Assembly (NCBI GenBank): GCA_963751345.1
Contig: CAVVUS010000030.1
Span: forward strand, 192,001 to 256,000
Source of the DNA: an uncultured Chloroflexia bacterium
GTDB taxonomy: Bacteria; Chloroflexota; Anaerolineae; B4-G1; SLSP01
Direction: 5' to 3'
DNA: 64,000 nucleotides
How positions within the stretch are numbered: position 1 is the stretch's first letter; the number at the start of each line of letters is the position of its first letter. This document shows, one piece after another, positions 50,376 through 60,876 of this stretch. The notes below the pieces were generated by a model. The model did not search any database, had not been told where the DNA came from, and saw only the letters and a program-made list of their open reading frames with translations. Made by a program: the position numbers and the translations under genes.

Positions 50376-52212
50376 CCGGGGCACGCCGAAAGCGCTTTGG
50401 CGCATTTGGCCCTGCCTTGTGCTTGTCGTGGGCTCGCTGCTCTCCTGCTCGCGCACCACAGCCACCGCACCACCCCCAACCACCGAGCCGCCGACACCGC
50501 GTCCAACGCCGACCCTAGCCGCCGAACCGACGCCCAGGGCGCAGCGGCTCATCCTGTGCACGCTGGAGCCGCAGGCCATCAGTCCCTTTGTGACCGACCC
50601 GTCGGCGGATGACATCCTGAGTCTCTATGATGAGCCCCCCATCGAGCGCGTCGGCTACGGATGGGAGGCCCGCCTCGTCGAGCGCGTGCCCTCTCTGTCG
50701 ACGGGGGACGTCATCACGCGCTCCGTTCCGGTTAGCACCGGCATGCGCTATGCCGATCCATTGGGATTTGTTCGCCAGTTCACCGACACCACAGCGGCGG
50801 AGCTGCCCCAACTCGTGGTGACGTTCACGCTCAAGCCGGATCTCCTGTGGTCAGACGGCCAGCCGATCACATCCAGAGACGCGATCCTCGGCTACCACTT
50901 GGCCCAACTCCCGGAGGCCGAGGGGCAATGGCACGACCTCGTGGAGCGCACGGCGAGCTTCGTCGCGGTCGATGAGCTGACCCTGCGTTGGGAAGGAATA
51001 CCGGGTTATCTGAGCGCCGATTTTCCGGGGTTCATGTTCCCACTTCAGCCCGCCCATCGATGGCAAGGGCAGACACTCGAAAGTATCTTGAGCGATCGCA
51101 CCCCACCGGCGACAGGTGCCTTCAGGATCACGGCGTGGGAATCGGGGCGGGAAGTCCGGCTGGCACCTAACGACAACTACGCCGGTCCCGCACCCAAGCT
51201 CGAGGAGGTGATCGTCCGTTTTCCCCAGGTTGATCCGCAGAGCTGGACCAGCCTAGTGGCCGACGGAACGTGCGACGTGATCCCGCCCTACCCTATCGCC
51301 CAGACCTCCTGGCAGCAATGGGCCAATCTCGGTATCGCCGGACAGGCCATCGTATGGGCCGATGTGGCCCCAACGGTGCTGCGGCTCGACCTCAACACCG
51401 ATCCTGTCCAGGACCCGACCCACGCGACCCCTCTGCAGGACCCGCGGCTGCGTACGGCGCTGTCGGGCTGCATCAGCCGCAAGCAGTTGACCCAGGCCCT
51501 GCCGTCAGAGGCGTTGGCGGAGGCAACCGGCTTTATCCCCCCAAACCACCCGGCCTATGTGGAGACCGAACCGGCGGCGTATAACCCGGAGGCCAGTGGA
51601 AGGGCTCTTGACGCGATAGGATGGCAAGACGAGAACGGGGACGGCGTGCGAGAGGCGCATAACGTGCCGGGAATCGCCGATGGAGAGCCCCTGAGCCTGA
51701 CGCTCTCTTTCGCCTCCCAGTACTTTGTCATCGCGGCGCATCTGGCCGCCAATCTGGAGACGTGCGGTGTGGGCGTCAACTCGCAGCCGACTGATGCCCG
51801 CCAGCTCTACTCACCCGGCCCCGAAAGCCCCCTCTTCGGGCGCACCTTCGATATGGCACTTCTCGGATGGCAGGTGGGGGTGCCGCAGATCTGCGGTGCC
51901 TGGCTGAGTCAGCGCATCCCGGGGGAGGCCAACGACTGGAGCGGCGAGAATTTCAGCGGCTACACCTCGGAGGACTACGATGCCGCCTGCAGGCAAGCGC
52001 TCTCCGCCATTGACGTCGAACAACAGTATACCGCGATAGACGAGGCCCAGCGTCTCCTCAACGAGACGATGCCGACGCTCTTCCTGGCCTGGCGCCCTTT
52101 CTGGTTCGCGACGCGGCCCGATGTGCTGGGCATCCGCCCGGACGTCTCGGCGACGGGCACGCTCTGGAACATCGAGGAGATCTCTATCGAGGAGGGCACG
52201 CCCCAGGGCTAG
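50368..52212 (+). CDS. Peptide ABC transporter substrate-binding lipoprotein (SBP family 5)
   Basis: Lipobox LLSC, PT linker, 'FTLKPDLLWSDGQPITS.D', 'TGAFRI..W', 'GWQDENGDGVRE'. Confidence 0.85.
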   Translation: MSDRGTPKALWRIWPCLVLVVGSLLSCSRTTATAPPPTTEPPTPRPTPTLAAEPTPRAQRLILCTLEPQAISPFVTDPSADDILSLYDEPPIERVGYGWEARLVERVPSLSTGDVITRSVPVSTGMRYADPLGFVRQFTDTTAAELPQLVVTFTLKPDLLWSDGQPITSRDAILGYHLAQLPEAEGQWHDLVERTASFVAVDELTLRWEGIPGYLSADFPGFMFPLQPAHRWQGQTLESILSDRTPPATGAFRITAWESGREVRLAPNDNYAGPAPKLEEVIVRFPQVDPQSWTSLVADGTCDVIPPYPIAQTSWQQWANLGIAGQAIVWADVAPTVLRLDLNTDPVQDPTHATPLQDPRLRTALSGCISRKQLTQALPSEALAEATGFIPPNHPAYVETEPAAYNPEASGRALDAIGWQDENGDGVREAHNVPGIADGEPLSLTLSFASQYFVIAAHLAANLETCGVGVNSQPTDARQLYSPGPESPLFGRTFDMALLGWQVGVPQICGAWLSQRIPGEANDWSGENFSGYTSEDYDAACRQALSAIDVEQQYTAIDEAQRLLNETMPTLFLAWRPFWFATRPDVLGIRPDVSATGTLWNIEEISIEEGTPQG

Positions 52213-52453
52213 GCGGTTCCGCCTGTTCGAGCTCAGAGAGCCAGTCGGCCAGCACGACTTCGTAAGCAGCGATCGTCGCTGCCTGCGTGGCATCGAAGAG
52301 CGCGCCGCGTCCGAGCCAGTCATTGCCCTGGTGGACGTAGGCGTCCCTGAGAAATCCCCTGATGTCGTCGACCGTGAAGTCGGGATCAGTCCGCCTTCGC
52401 TCCATGAGCTGACTGTGAAGCGCCTCGAAGACCTCTTGGTAACGACGCGACAT
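52184..52453 (-). CDS. Small hypothetical protein
   Basis: ATG after GAGG, directly downstream of the thioesterase; 'QGNDWLGRG' motif. Confidence 0.6.
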   Translation of the reverse strand: MSRRYQEVFEALHSQLMERRRTDPDFTVDDIRGFLRDAYVHQGNDWLGRGALFDATQAATIAAYEVVLADWLSELEQAEPPSPGACPPR

Positions 52454-52473
52454 AACGTCCTCTGAACTAACGA

Positions 52474-52905
52474 TCATCGTGCCGCCTGCCCGCCTTCTCC
52501 GTCACGTACCTGTCCTGCTTTCTCCGTCACGCGTGCCATGAAGCGCGCCTGGTCGATGATGAACCGCTCGTGCTCGGCATCCCCGACTTTCTCCACCTCA
52601 TCCCAGGCCTCGACGTGGAAGCGCAAGCGCCGCCCATCGACCGCCAGCAATTCAGCGCGCACGCGGACCTGCATCCCAACCGGCGTCGCCGCCAGATGTC
52701 GCATGTCCACCCGGGTCCCGACTGCCGTCTGCCCTTCCCCAAGATAGGGCTCAATCACAGCCTGGGCCGCCCCTTCCATCAGCGCGATGAGGTGCGGCGT
52801 GCTCAACACCGGCACGAAGCCGCTGCCATAGGCGGCAGCCGTTTCGCCCTCTGTAACTACGTGCGTGATCTCGGCTGTCAAACCGACCTTGATCTCCATC
52901 GTCAT
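52474..52905 (-). CDS. Hot-dog thioesterase (FlK-like)
   Basis: 'VLSTPHLIALME', 'VGTRVDMRHLAATPVG', 'HERFII'. Confidence 0.88.
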   Translation of the reverse strand: MTMEIKVGLTAEITHVVTEGETAAAYGSGFVPVLSTPHLIALMEGAAQAVIEPYLGEGQTAVGTRVDMRHLAATPVGMQVRVRAELLAVDGRRLRFHVEAWDEVEKVGDAEHERFIIDQARFMARVTEKAGQVRDGEGGQAAR

Positions 52906-52939
52906 CTCCTGCTCGAGCGTCGGGGCGAATGGCCCCACG

Positions 52940-54412
52940 CTAGAATGATAGTTGGGGCACAATGAACCCAAAGAGGCACCAAAGATCCAGAGCCACCATT
53001 GCAGACAGCCATCCCCCGGCAAAGACGCTGCGCCATCGCGGCTGTGCAAACGCCAGCATCGGAAGGATGATGCCTGCGGTCCCTAACATCGCTAACGGCC
53101 ACACGGGCATATCGTCACGAATCAGGCCGGCGATCCCCAGCGCCACGGCAACCACCAGAAGAGCCAGTGAAGTTCCCACGGCAAGCTTCGGCTGCATCAA
53201 CGACCGCCAACCCAGTGCGGCGCCCAGCGCCAGCAGCGGCAGCGCCGGGAACAGATACCGTCCCTGATGCTGCACAAAGGTGACGTTATAGACGACGACC
53301 ATACCGAGGGTGATCAAGCCGGCGGTCCCCAACACGATCAGATCGTCGCGCTGATGTGGCTTGAGTCCTGCCTGTACGGCATCGAAGAGGTACCAAGCGA
53401 TCCCGTAGATCGTCAATGCAGAGAAAACCGCCAAGCCCTGATATATCCGAAGGTCCAGCACGACACCCATCCAGCCGAATTGACCCCAGAACGACCTAAA
53501 CAGGGTCCAGACAGCGTCTCGCAGAAACGGCCTGAGCCCCTGCTGGGCAATCCACGCGGCAGTCTGGGGTTGGCCGACCACCACGTCGCCGTGACGCATG
53601 AGCCCAAACAGATCGGGCCAGCCGTAAACGGCGATGTTGCGCCCCCACCATAGACCGCCCAACACCGCCACCGGCAGGGCCATCGCGAGCAGTTGCCGCG
53701 CTGCCCAGCGAACAGGCATCCCGGCACGACGGTAGCGAAGGTAGATGACAAGCAGCGTCAGTGGCAGCACGCCATAGCCTGTGGTCTTGGTCAGCACCAC
53801 TGCGCCGGCGATGAGGCCCAACAGCCACGGGGACGCGCGGCCGCGCAAGTAGCGCAGCGCCAGCCACAGCCAGAGCCAGAGCAGTGCCACAACCAGCGCA
53901 TCATTGTTGACCGAGGCCATAATGGCGAGATACTGCGGGATGAACGCGGCCAGCCCCCCGCCGAACCAGGCTATCCCGGGCCGATCCGGGTAGGCTTCAC
54001 GCAGGATGAGGAAGATCATCACAATGCCCATCCCCCCCAAGATCAGCGAGAAAAGCCGCAATGCCAGGACGGAGCCTCCCGAAAGCCAGTAGATCGGCAC
54101 GGCTAGTAGGTAATAGAGCGGGGGTTGATGGTCCTCGTATTCCAGTGGAACGACGGAAAGATTCGAAGGAAACCGCTCGGTCGTCAGGCGGCTGATGTAC
54201 GCCTGATCGTAGTCGCCGGGCTCCATCACAGGGAACCCATGACCGAGGGCCAGGGATCGAACGTAGTTGTAATGAGCCGGCTCGTCCGGGGCCTGCCAGA
54301 TGGGCGTGCCGGCCGCGTAAAGGCTGCCCACCACAAGATAAGCGACGAGGATGACGACGGCCGGCCACACCGCTCTGATCGCCGTCGGCCTCCCCCCAAT
54401 CTGAAGGCTCAC
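52940..54412 (-). CDS. GT-C membrane glycosyltransferase (GT39/DUF2142-like)
   Basis: 'PDEPAH', 'HQPPLYY', 'VNND', 'SFWGQFGW', 'QGRYLFP'. Confidence 0.85.
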   Translation of the reverse strand: MSLQIGGRPTAIRAVWPAVVILVAYLVVGSLYAAGTPIWQAPDEPAHYNYVRSLALGHGFPVMEPGDYDQAYISRLTTERFPSNLSVVPLEYEDHQPPLYYLLAVPIYWLSGGSVLALRLFSLILGGMGIVMIFLILREAYPDRPGIAWFGGGLAAFIPQYLAIMASVNNDALVVALLWLWLWLALRYLRGRASPWLLGLIAGAVVLTKTTGYGVLPLTLLVIYLRYRRAGMPVRWAARQLLAMALPVAVLGGLWWGRNIAVYGWPDLFGLMRHGDVVVGQPQTAAWIAQQGLRPFLRDAVWTLFRSFWGQFGWMGVVLDLRIYQGLAVFSALTIYGIAWYLFDAVQAGLKPHQRDDLIVLGTAGLITLGMVVVYNVTFVQHQGRYLFPALPLLALGAALGWRSLMQPKLAVGTSLALLVVAVALGIAGLIRDDMPVWPLAMLGTAGIILPMLAFAQPRWRSVFAGGWLSAMVALDLWCLFGFIVPQLSF

Positions 54413-55179
54413 CGGAACTCCAACCGAACGCCCTTGATGCGCTCGATGATCTTCTGCAGGATGAAGATCGCCATAAAGAAGGGGACATCCACTAGCAGCG
54501 TGCTCGCGCCCAGGAGCACGATCCACCGCACGGCCACGGTTAGGAACCGGCCGACGCCGTCGAGGATCAGCGACGTCCCACCTGCCACCGCAATCAACAC
54601 TGCGACGGCGACCGCAAGCAGGCCGAGAAAGGGCCAGGCGTGGATATCGGCGCGACTGGGCAACATCGTATTGCTGATGGTGAAGACCAGATAGACCCAG
54701 AGCCACACATCCGGCGCCCGAAGGGCCTGCAGAAAGCTGTGCAGTCCCGGCAGCCAATCTCCCTGGGAGAGCGCCGCGACGATCTCCGGCGTCCCGAAGA
54801 CAAGGTATCCAATAGCGACCACCGCAATGCTGCCAAAGATCAGGGGGGCACCGCCGATCAAACTCGCCCGGATAAAGTCGGTCTCCTCAACCGTGACAAA
54901 GCCCAACTGGATCCGTTGATCGCCACGCTTGGGAAGCAGGCTCATCCGCCCAATCTTCACCCCGGTCAACGTCGCCGTGATCGCGTGACTGAGCTCGTGG
55001 AGAAAGACGCCCGGCAGCAGGATAATCGCATAGAGCCAGAGCGCGATTTCCTGGTCCCCGCTCAACAGCAACATCACACCCTGGAGATGCCTGTGCAGCC
55101 AACGATCCGCCCCGAGCAAAAGGCCAAGGACGACTAGCACCTGTACCAAGAGGATGAGCATCGGGCTTACGAGATCCAT
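54409..55179 (-). CDS. Membrane protein with HExxH motif (M50-like metalloprotease)
   Basis: 'PGVFLHELSH', 'LGFV', 'GGAPL', 'MLPSRAD'. Confidence 0.7.
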   Translation of the reverse strand: MDLVSPMLILLVQVLVVLGLLLGADRWLHRHLQGVMLLLSGDQEIALWLYAIILLPGVFLHELSHAITATLTGVKIGRMSLLPKRGDQRIQLGFVTVEETDFIRASLIGGAPLIFGSIAVVAIGYLVFGTPEIVAALSQGDWLPGLHSFLQALRAPDVWLWVYLVFTISNTMLPSRADIHAWPFLGLLAVAVAVLIAVAGGTSLILDGVGRFLTVAVRWIVLLGASTLLVDVPFFMAIFILQKIIERIKGVRLEFR

Positions 55180-55303
55180 AGGGGCATTTATCCCAAATCA
55201 TACCACAGATTAGGTGGTTAAAGCCACCGTATTATCCCAATTTATCGCAGATATCCCAACTGGCAGTTGCGATTTTGTGCTTTTGCGCTATGCTCGCATC
55301 AAC

Positions 55304-56113
55304 ATGACCGACATTCACAGCTTGCAACAAGGTGCGCAGAACGGTTATGAGGTGCACACCCCCATCTTTGATGGTCCCCTCGGCCTCCTTCTTCGACTGA
55401 TCGAGAAGAATGAGTTGGATATCACCAAGGTTGCCCTGGCAAAAGTAACCGACGAGTTCATGGAGCAGGTCGATCATATGCGCGCCACCATGCAGATCGA
55501 GGTCATCGCAGAATTCCTCTTCGTCGCTGCGAAGCTGCTCTGGATCAAATCGCGCGCGCTCCTGCCAAAACCTCCGGCATCCGCCCGGGCGGCAGAGGAT
55601 GAGGACGACGTCGGCGACGAACTCATCCGGCAGCTACGAGCATACCAGCAGTACAAGGGGGCAGCCAGTTGGCTGCGAGGACGCGACGGTTCGGGGTTGC
55701 GTTCGTACGTACGTGCCGGCTATCTGCCGCGTCCCACGCGCATCACCCTTGACATCGGCGATATCGATCTGGGTGATCTGCACGAGGCTGCTCAGATGGC
55801 CCTCCTGCCGACAGAGGCACCCCGTCCCGAAAGGGCGATCCAGCGCGTCCGGATTTCTATCTCTCAACAGATCGCACTGATCCGTAAGCGGCTGGAGCGC
55901 TGGGTCAGGGTCAGCTTCCGCCGATTGCTGAGCGACGCCCCCTCTAGGCTGGAGGCCGTGGTCACGCTTCAGGCCGTTCTTGAGCTCATCAAGCAGCAAG
56001 CGGTTTCAGCCCAGCAGGAGGAGCTCTTTGGGGATATCACCATCCAGGCCCTCGTCCCGCTGCACCAGATGACGATGACCGGACAGACGCCAGACGGCAC
56101 CCCCGCCGCCTGA
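55304..56113 (+). CDS. scpA: Segregation and condensation protein A
   Basis: 'FDGPLGLLL.LI', 'KSRALLP', 'LQAVLEL', 'QEELFGDI'. Confidence 0.93.
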   Translation: MTDIHSLQQGAQNGYEVHTPIFDGPLGLLLRLIEKNELDITKVALAKVTDEFMEQVDHMRATMQIEVIAEFLFVAAKLLWIKSRALLPKPPASARAAEDEDDVGDELIRQLRAYQQYKGAASWLRGRDGSGLRSYVRAGYLPRPTRITLDIGDIDLGDLHEAAQMALLPTEAPRPERAIQRVRISISQQIALIRKRLERWVRVSFRRLLSDAPSRLEAVVTLQAVLELIKQQAVSAQQEELFGDITIQALVPLHQMTMTGQTPDGTPAA

Positions 56114-56170
56114 CACCAAATCTCTAGAGATCCCGCTGCCCGCTGCAGCCGATGTCCCACGGCGTATGGT

Positions 56171-58098
56171 TCACTCGGGCTGCGCGTGGATGGGCAGGAC
56201 AAACGCAAAGGTGCTGCCCTCGCCGGGCACACTGCTCACCCAGACACGACCCTTGTGCTTTTCGATGACCGATTTCACAATGGCCAGGCCCAACCCGGTG
56301 CCCTGGACCTCTTCCGTCTCGGGACTCTGCACCCGGTAGAAACGCTCAAAGATCCGCGGCTGCTCCTCGGCAGGGATGCCAATCCCTGTATCGCTGACCT
56401 CGACAATCGCGTAATTCCCATCGGTGCGCGCGAGTACCTTGACCCGTCCCCGCGGTCGGTTGTACTTGATGGCATTGCTGATCAGGTTATCCAGGACCTG
56501 ACGCAACCGGCGCGCGTTCCCCCAAACCCGCAGCGCGCTATCGGGCAGGTCGGCAGAAAGCGCCATTGCCTCCGACCTTGCGTAGACCTGCGCCGACTCC
56601 GTGGACGTGCGAATCAACTCGTCGAGGCGGACGGCCTTCATCTCGAGATCGAAACCGGCCTCGATGCGCCCAATATCCAACAGGTCGGAAATCAGCGCGG
56701 TCACGTGCGTGAGGCTGTTGAGCGCGCGCGTGACGAAATCGTGCTGCATCTCGTTGAGCGGCCCCGCACGGTCGAGAAGCTCCACGTACCCCTGAATCGT
56801 CGTCAGTGGTGAACGCAGGTCGTGCGAGACCGTCGACACAAACTCGGACTTCAGTCGGTCCAACTCCTTGAGATGTGTGATCTCCTGCATGACGGCCACG
56901 CGACCCACGCCCGCGATGGTACTTAGCTGCGCGTTGAAAACACGGCCATCCTCAAGGTTCACTTCTGTGTGGATCACCGAAGCATCCGCCTCGGCCTGGG
57001 AGAAGAGATCGCGAACGTCAGCATTATCGGTCGCATCAGCCAACAATTGCCCCTTCGCCTCAGGATCAATCCCCAGCGCCCGCCCGGCAGTCTCACTCCA
57101 CAACCATAGCCGGTTGGACATATCGGTCACGATGATCGCATCCGCAGCATATTCCAGGATCGCGCTGAGCCGCGACCGCTCCGCTTCGCCCTCGGCGTAG
57201 AGGCGCGCGTTCTCCAACGCGATTGCGGCAAAGTCGGCGACAGACGAGAGCGTGAAGAGCTGATTCTCGGTAAACGGCAGGTCGTCTTCGCGGTTGACCA
57301 CCCCCAGAATCCCGATCGTCCCTGACCCCGATGTCTGGAGCGGAACGTAGAGAAGCGAGCTCACCAGAAAGCCGGTCGCGATCTCGGCCTCTCGATCCAG
57401 AATCACGGGTCGCCCGGACCGAATGACCTGCCAGGCGACGGGATCTGACGTCGCCTGATGGAGCTGCTGGGCCGACGGTTCATCCCAGTTCTTGGCAACC
57501 CGCACGAAGAGCTTACCGTTCTCCCTCAGCACGATGAACCCATCGCTGGCCTGGGTCAGATTCACCGAGGCCACGACGATGCGCTCCAGTATCTCATCGA
57601 CATCGAGGGAAGAAGCCACCGATTTCCCGACGGTGTAGATCGTGTTGATCTCCTGAAGCCGGGCATTGAGGCGTCGGTTTGCCTCGGCAAGGGTCGCGCC
57701 GATGCTGTCATCTCTGGGATCGTAGGTCGCGCCGGAAAGCACCTCATCAAGCGTTGCCCGTAGTCTCTCGCGGTCGAAAGGATAGGTCACCAGAGCTTGC
57801 GGCCGCAACTCCACCAGCGCGCTCAAACTTGAGATGGAGACATCGCCTGTCACGTGCAAGGAGGACAACGGGGGGACCGTCAGGATCCAACTGCAGGGCG
57901 CGTACGTCCAGGGGCACGCCATCACCAATCTGAGGGTAGCGAGACAACCAGAAGCTCTATGCTTGGATCGCGAATAGCAGATCGAAGCTCGGCCAATCCG
58001 CTCACCTGGGTCGCAGAGAGGCCAGGCGGGAGGAGGCCGGCAAACTCCGCAAAGAGCGGAGTGTCTTCACAAAAGACGAGAATATGAGGCAACTTCAC
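56171..58098 (-). CDS. Cytoplasmic histidine kinase (receiver-like, GAF, PAS, HisKA, HATPase); frameshifts near 57870 and 57935
   Basis: 'AAIALENARL', 'VSHDLRSPL', 'NLISNAIKY', 'DTGIG', 'GTGLGL'; GTG at 58098 opens 'VKLPHILVFCED'. Confidence 0.85.
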
Positions 58099-58196
58099 CT
58101 TCCTGGTTGTCTGGCATAGACCGAGCCTGCCCGCCGGCTACCCGACATCATAGCCGATTCGGGAGGTCGAGCAAGTCGCGGTGGTGCTATAGGACG

Positions 58197-58231
58197 AACC
58201 TTGCGAAGGTTTCGGAAACCTTCGCAAGGTT
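58197..58231. repeat. REP-like perfect palindrome
   Basis: AACCTTGCGAAGGTTTC-G-GAAACCTTCGCAAGGTT. Confidence 0.8.
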
Positions 58232-58325
58232 GGGTCGAGGGCCGTGCAGGCCAGAGAAACTTTCCATGGCCCGGCTACGTACTAAACTGGTAGGGCATAC
58301 GTGACTCAACAAGGGGGATACGATC

Positions 58326-58721
58326 ATGAGACTCTTGATCCGTTGGGCAATCAGCGCACTATCTCTTTTCGCGGCGGCATGGCTCGTCCCAGGCATTCAC
58401 GTCGATGACAGCCGGGGATGGGTCGTCTATGCAGTGATGGCCGTCGTCCTCAGCCTCGTCAATGCACTGGTCCGGCCATTGTTGAAGCTGCTGACCTGTC
58501 CACTCATTCTCCTGACACTGGGGTTGTTCACGCTCGTCATCAACGCCATCTCACTGCTCATCGCCGCCTACCTGGCCAACGACCTCTTCCATGTGGGCTT
58601 CTACATCGATGGGTTCTGGCCGGCACTCTGGGGCGCCATCATCGTCAGCGTTGTCAGCATCGTGCTCAGTGCGTTCATTCATGACGACGATGAGCATCGG
58701 CAGCGTCGCCGCGACCGGTAG
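58326..58721 (+). CDS. 4-TM 'phage holin' superfamily IV (YvlD-like) membrane protein
   Basis: 'VNALVRPLLKLLTCPL.LLTLGLF..VINA', 'GFWPALWGA'. Confidence 0.88.
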   Translation: MRLLIRWAISALSLFAAAWLVPGIHVDDSRGWVVYAVMAVVLSLVNALVRPLLKLLTCPLILLTLGLFTLVINAISLLIAAYLANDLFHVGFYIDGFWPALWGAIIVSVVSIVLSAFIHDDDEHRQRRRDR

Positions 58722-58803
58722 CGGGTGCTTGTAAATCACCTCCTGCGTGTTATCATGCGGCAGGGCGCCGAGCAAGACGACTGCCCCGGAGGAGGAATAT
58801 CCC

Positions 58804-59313
58804 GTGGTCAACATCCGACGCATCACACTCACGGCATTGATGGCCGCCCTGATTTTCGTCCTGACCACCGTGCCGCGCATTCCCGTGCCGGCCACCGGGG
58901 GGTACATCCATCTAGGTGACGCCGGGATCTCGTTCGCGGCGGTGGCTTTCGGCCCTTGGGTCGCTATGGCGTCGGGGGGACTTGGCACCGCGCTGGCCGA
59001 TCTGTTGGGCTTTCCGCAGTGGGCGATTTTCTCCCTCGTTGTCCACGGCCTCCAGGGCTTAGTACTGGGGCTCATCTTCCGCAGGGGCCTGAACTGGCTC
59101 ACCGCGGTGCTGGCAGCGTTGGCCGGGATCGTCATCGTCGTCGCGGGGTACTTTGTGGCGGGTGTCATCCTTGAGGGCGCCGCGGTCGCCGCCCTGGAGA
59201 TCGTTCCGAATATCATCCAGGCGTTCAGCGGGAGCTTGATCGGTATTCCGCTCTACTGGGCCGTCCGGCGGGCCTATCCGCCCCTGGAGTCGTACAGCGA
59301 GCGCTCGGCCTGA
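58804..59313 (+). CDS. ECF transporter S component (substrate not determinable)
   Basis: 'ALMAALIFV', 'GGYIHLGD', 'GTALADL'. Confidence 0.85.
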   Translation: MVNIRRITLTALMAALIFVLTTVPRIPVPATGGYIHLGDAGISFAAVAFGPWVAMASGGLGTALADLLGFPQWAIFSLVVHGLQGLVLGLIFRRGLNWLTAVLAALAGIVIVVAGYFVAGVILEGAAVAALEIVPNIIQAFSGSLIGIPLYWAVRRAYPPLESYSERSA

Positions 59314-59334
59314 CGACAGTCTCTGAGACGTTGC

Positions 59335-59369
59335 GCGGAGGAGGGGCTCATACCTCCTCCGCTTTTTTT
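59335..59369 (+). terminator. Intrinsic terminator after the S-component gene
   Basis: GCGGAGGAGG-loop-CCTCCTCCGC-T7. Confidence 0.8.
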
Positions 59370-59412
59370 GGTTTTCTGCAGGGCCAAACACGATCGAGCA
59401 TCAGGCTTCTAT

Positions 59413-60876
59413 ATGATCAGGGCAGATAACATCACCTTTGCATACGCACCACGCCAGCCGGGGGACGAACCGGAAGAGGTTCTCACCGATTGTTCACTAC
59501 GGCTGGATGCAGGCCAGGCCACCGCCGTGATGGGATCCACCGGTGCCGGGAAGAGCACCCTCAGCTACGTGCTCGCAGGGCTCGCCCCTCGCCACACCGG
59601 CGGGACGCTGTCCGGGTCGCTCTCGATCGCCGGGCACAACGCAGTAGAGAAACCACCTGCGATCGGCAGCGTGGGACTGCTGTTCCAGGACGCCGCAACC
59701 CAGCTCTTCAACACCTCCGTGGAGGACGAGATTGCGTGGGGATTGGAGGCTATGGGGCTCACGCCGGCTGAGATCGAGCGCCGGGTCGAGGCATCACTGA
59801 CGCGCTTTGAGCTCGCACGGGACCGCGGGCGCCCCCCCTGGGCGCTTTCAGGCGGGCAGCAGAAACGACTCGCGCTGGCTGCGCTATGGGCGATGCGACC
59901 ACGGATTCTGATCCTGGACGAGCCCCTGGGCGGGCTCGACCCCGAGGGGCGTGAGGAAGTGCTGACCTCGCTCGAGGGATTGAGGGAAGCGGGGACCGCG
60001 CTGCTGGTGATGACGCTGCGACCGGAGACCGCAGGGCGGGTTGGGGCCGTCTCGCTTCTGGCCGATGGTCACTTGTCTGCCCCGGCCCCGCTGCCCGAAC
60101 TCCTCAAACGAACCGACGATCTCATCGCGACCGGCCTGCTGCTGCCCACGACGCTGTGGCCCGATCTCGGCCCGAAGCGGGCCATGGATTCAGCTCAAGC
60201 TGCCGTCGATGTCCGGGGCCTCCGATTTCGCTACGCAGGCGAGGCCGAGGTCCTCCATGGCATCGATCTCCGAATACCCACAGGCCAGTTTGTCGCGGTC
60301 GTCGGAGCGAACGGCGCCGGGAAGAGCACGCTCGTCCGCCACCTCAACGGCCTGCTGCGCCCCACAGGTGGCGACGTGGAGATCCTGGGCACGCCCATCG
60401 GCAAACGCTCGACCGGCGAGATGGCCCGGCAGGTGGGGTTTCTCTTCCAACGTCCCGAACAGCAGCTTTTCGCGCCGACGGTGCGCGAGGAAGTGGCGTA
60501 CGGACCCACACGGCTCGGAATGGATGCAGTCGAGCAGCGCGTCGCATCGATCCTCGACCGGTTTGGCCTGCAAAACGTCGCTGACATCCCACCGGCGCTG
60601 CTGGGTTACGGCGCGCGGCGAACCGTCACGCTGGCCTCCCTCGCCGCGCTGTCCACGCCCATCGTCGTGCTCGACGAGCCCACCGTGGGCCTCGATGGCC
60701 GGGGACTGGGACAGTTACTCACCTGGTTCTCGGATCTGCGGGCGGAGGGCGTGACGATCATCCTGGTCACCCACGAACTCGACCTGGCGTCACGCGCCGA
60801 CCGGGTCATCGCCCTGAAAGCGGGACGGATTGTGGACGACGGGGAGCCCTCCTCGGTGCTCAAGACTGCGATATGA
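59413..60876 (+). CDS. ECF transporter fused dual ATPase
   Basis: Two ABC domains (GSTGAGKST/LSGGQ and GANGAGKST/DEPT). Confidence 0.9.
   Translation: MIRADNITFAYAPRQPGDEPEEVLTDCSLRLDAGQATAVMGSTGAGKSTLSYVLAGLAPRHTGGTLSGSLSIAGHNAVEKPPAIGSVGLLFQDAATQLFNTSVEDEIAWGLEAMGLTPAEIERRVEASLTRFELARDRGRPPWALSGGQQKRLALAALWAMRPRILILDEPLGGLDPEGREEVLTSLEGLREAGTALLVMTLRPETAGRVGAVSLLADGHLSAPAPLPELLKRTDDLIATGLLLPTTLWPDLGPKRAMDSAQAAVDVRGLRFRYAGEAEVLHGIDLRIPTGQFVAVVGANGAGKSTLVRHLNGLLRPTGGDVEILGTPIGKRSTGEMARQVGFLFQRPEQQLFAPTVREEVAYGPTRLGMDAVEQRVASILDRFGLQNVADIPPALLGYGARRTVTLASLAALSTPIVVLDEPTVGLDGRGLGQLLTWFSDLRAEGVTIILVTHELDLASRADRVIALKAGRIVDDGEPSSVLKTAI

Noticed and set aside
58326-58721. Prophage suggested by the 'phage holin' gene
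   Set aside because: YvlD-like 4-TM proteins are common chromosomal genes, and there are no phage genes nearby.
58722-58803. Vitamin riboswitch ahead of the second ECF S component
   Set aside because: The leader after the likely promoter (TTGTAA..TATCAT) is under 50 nt and matches no TPP, FMN or preQ1 motif I recognise.
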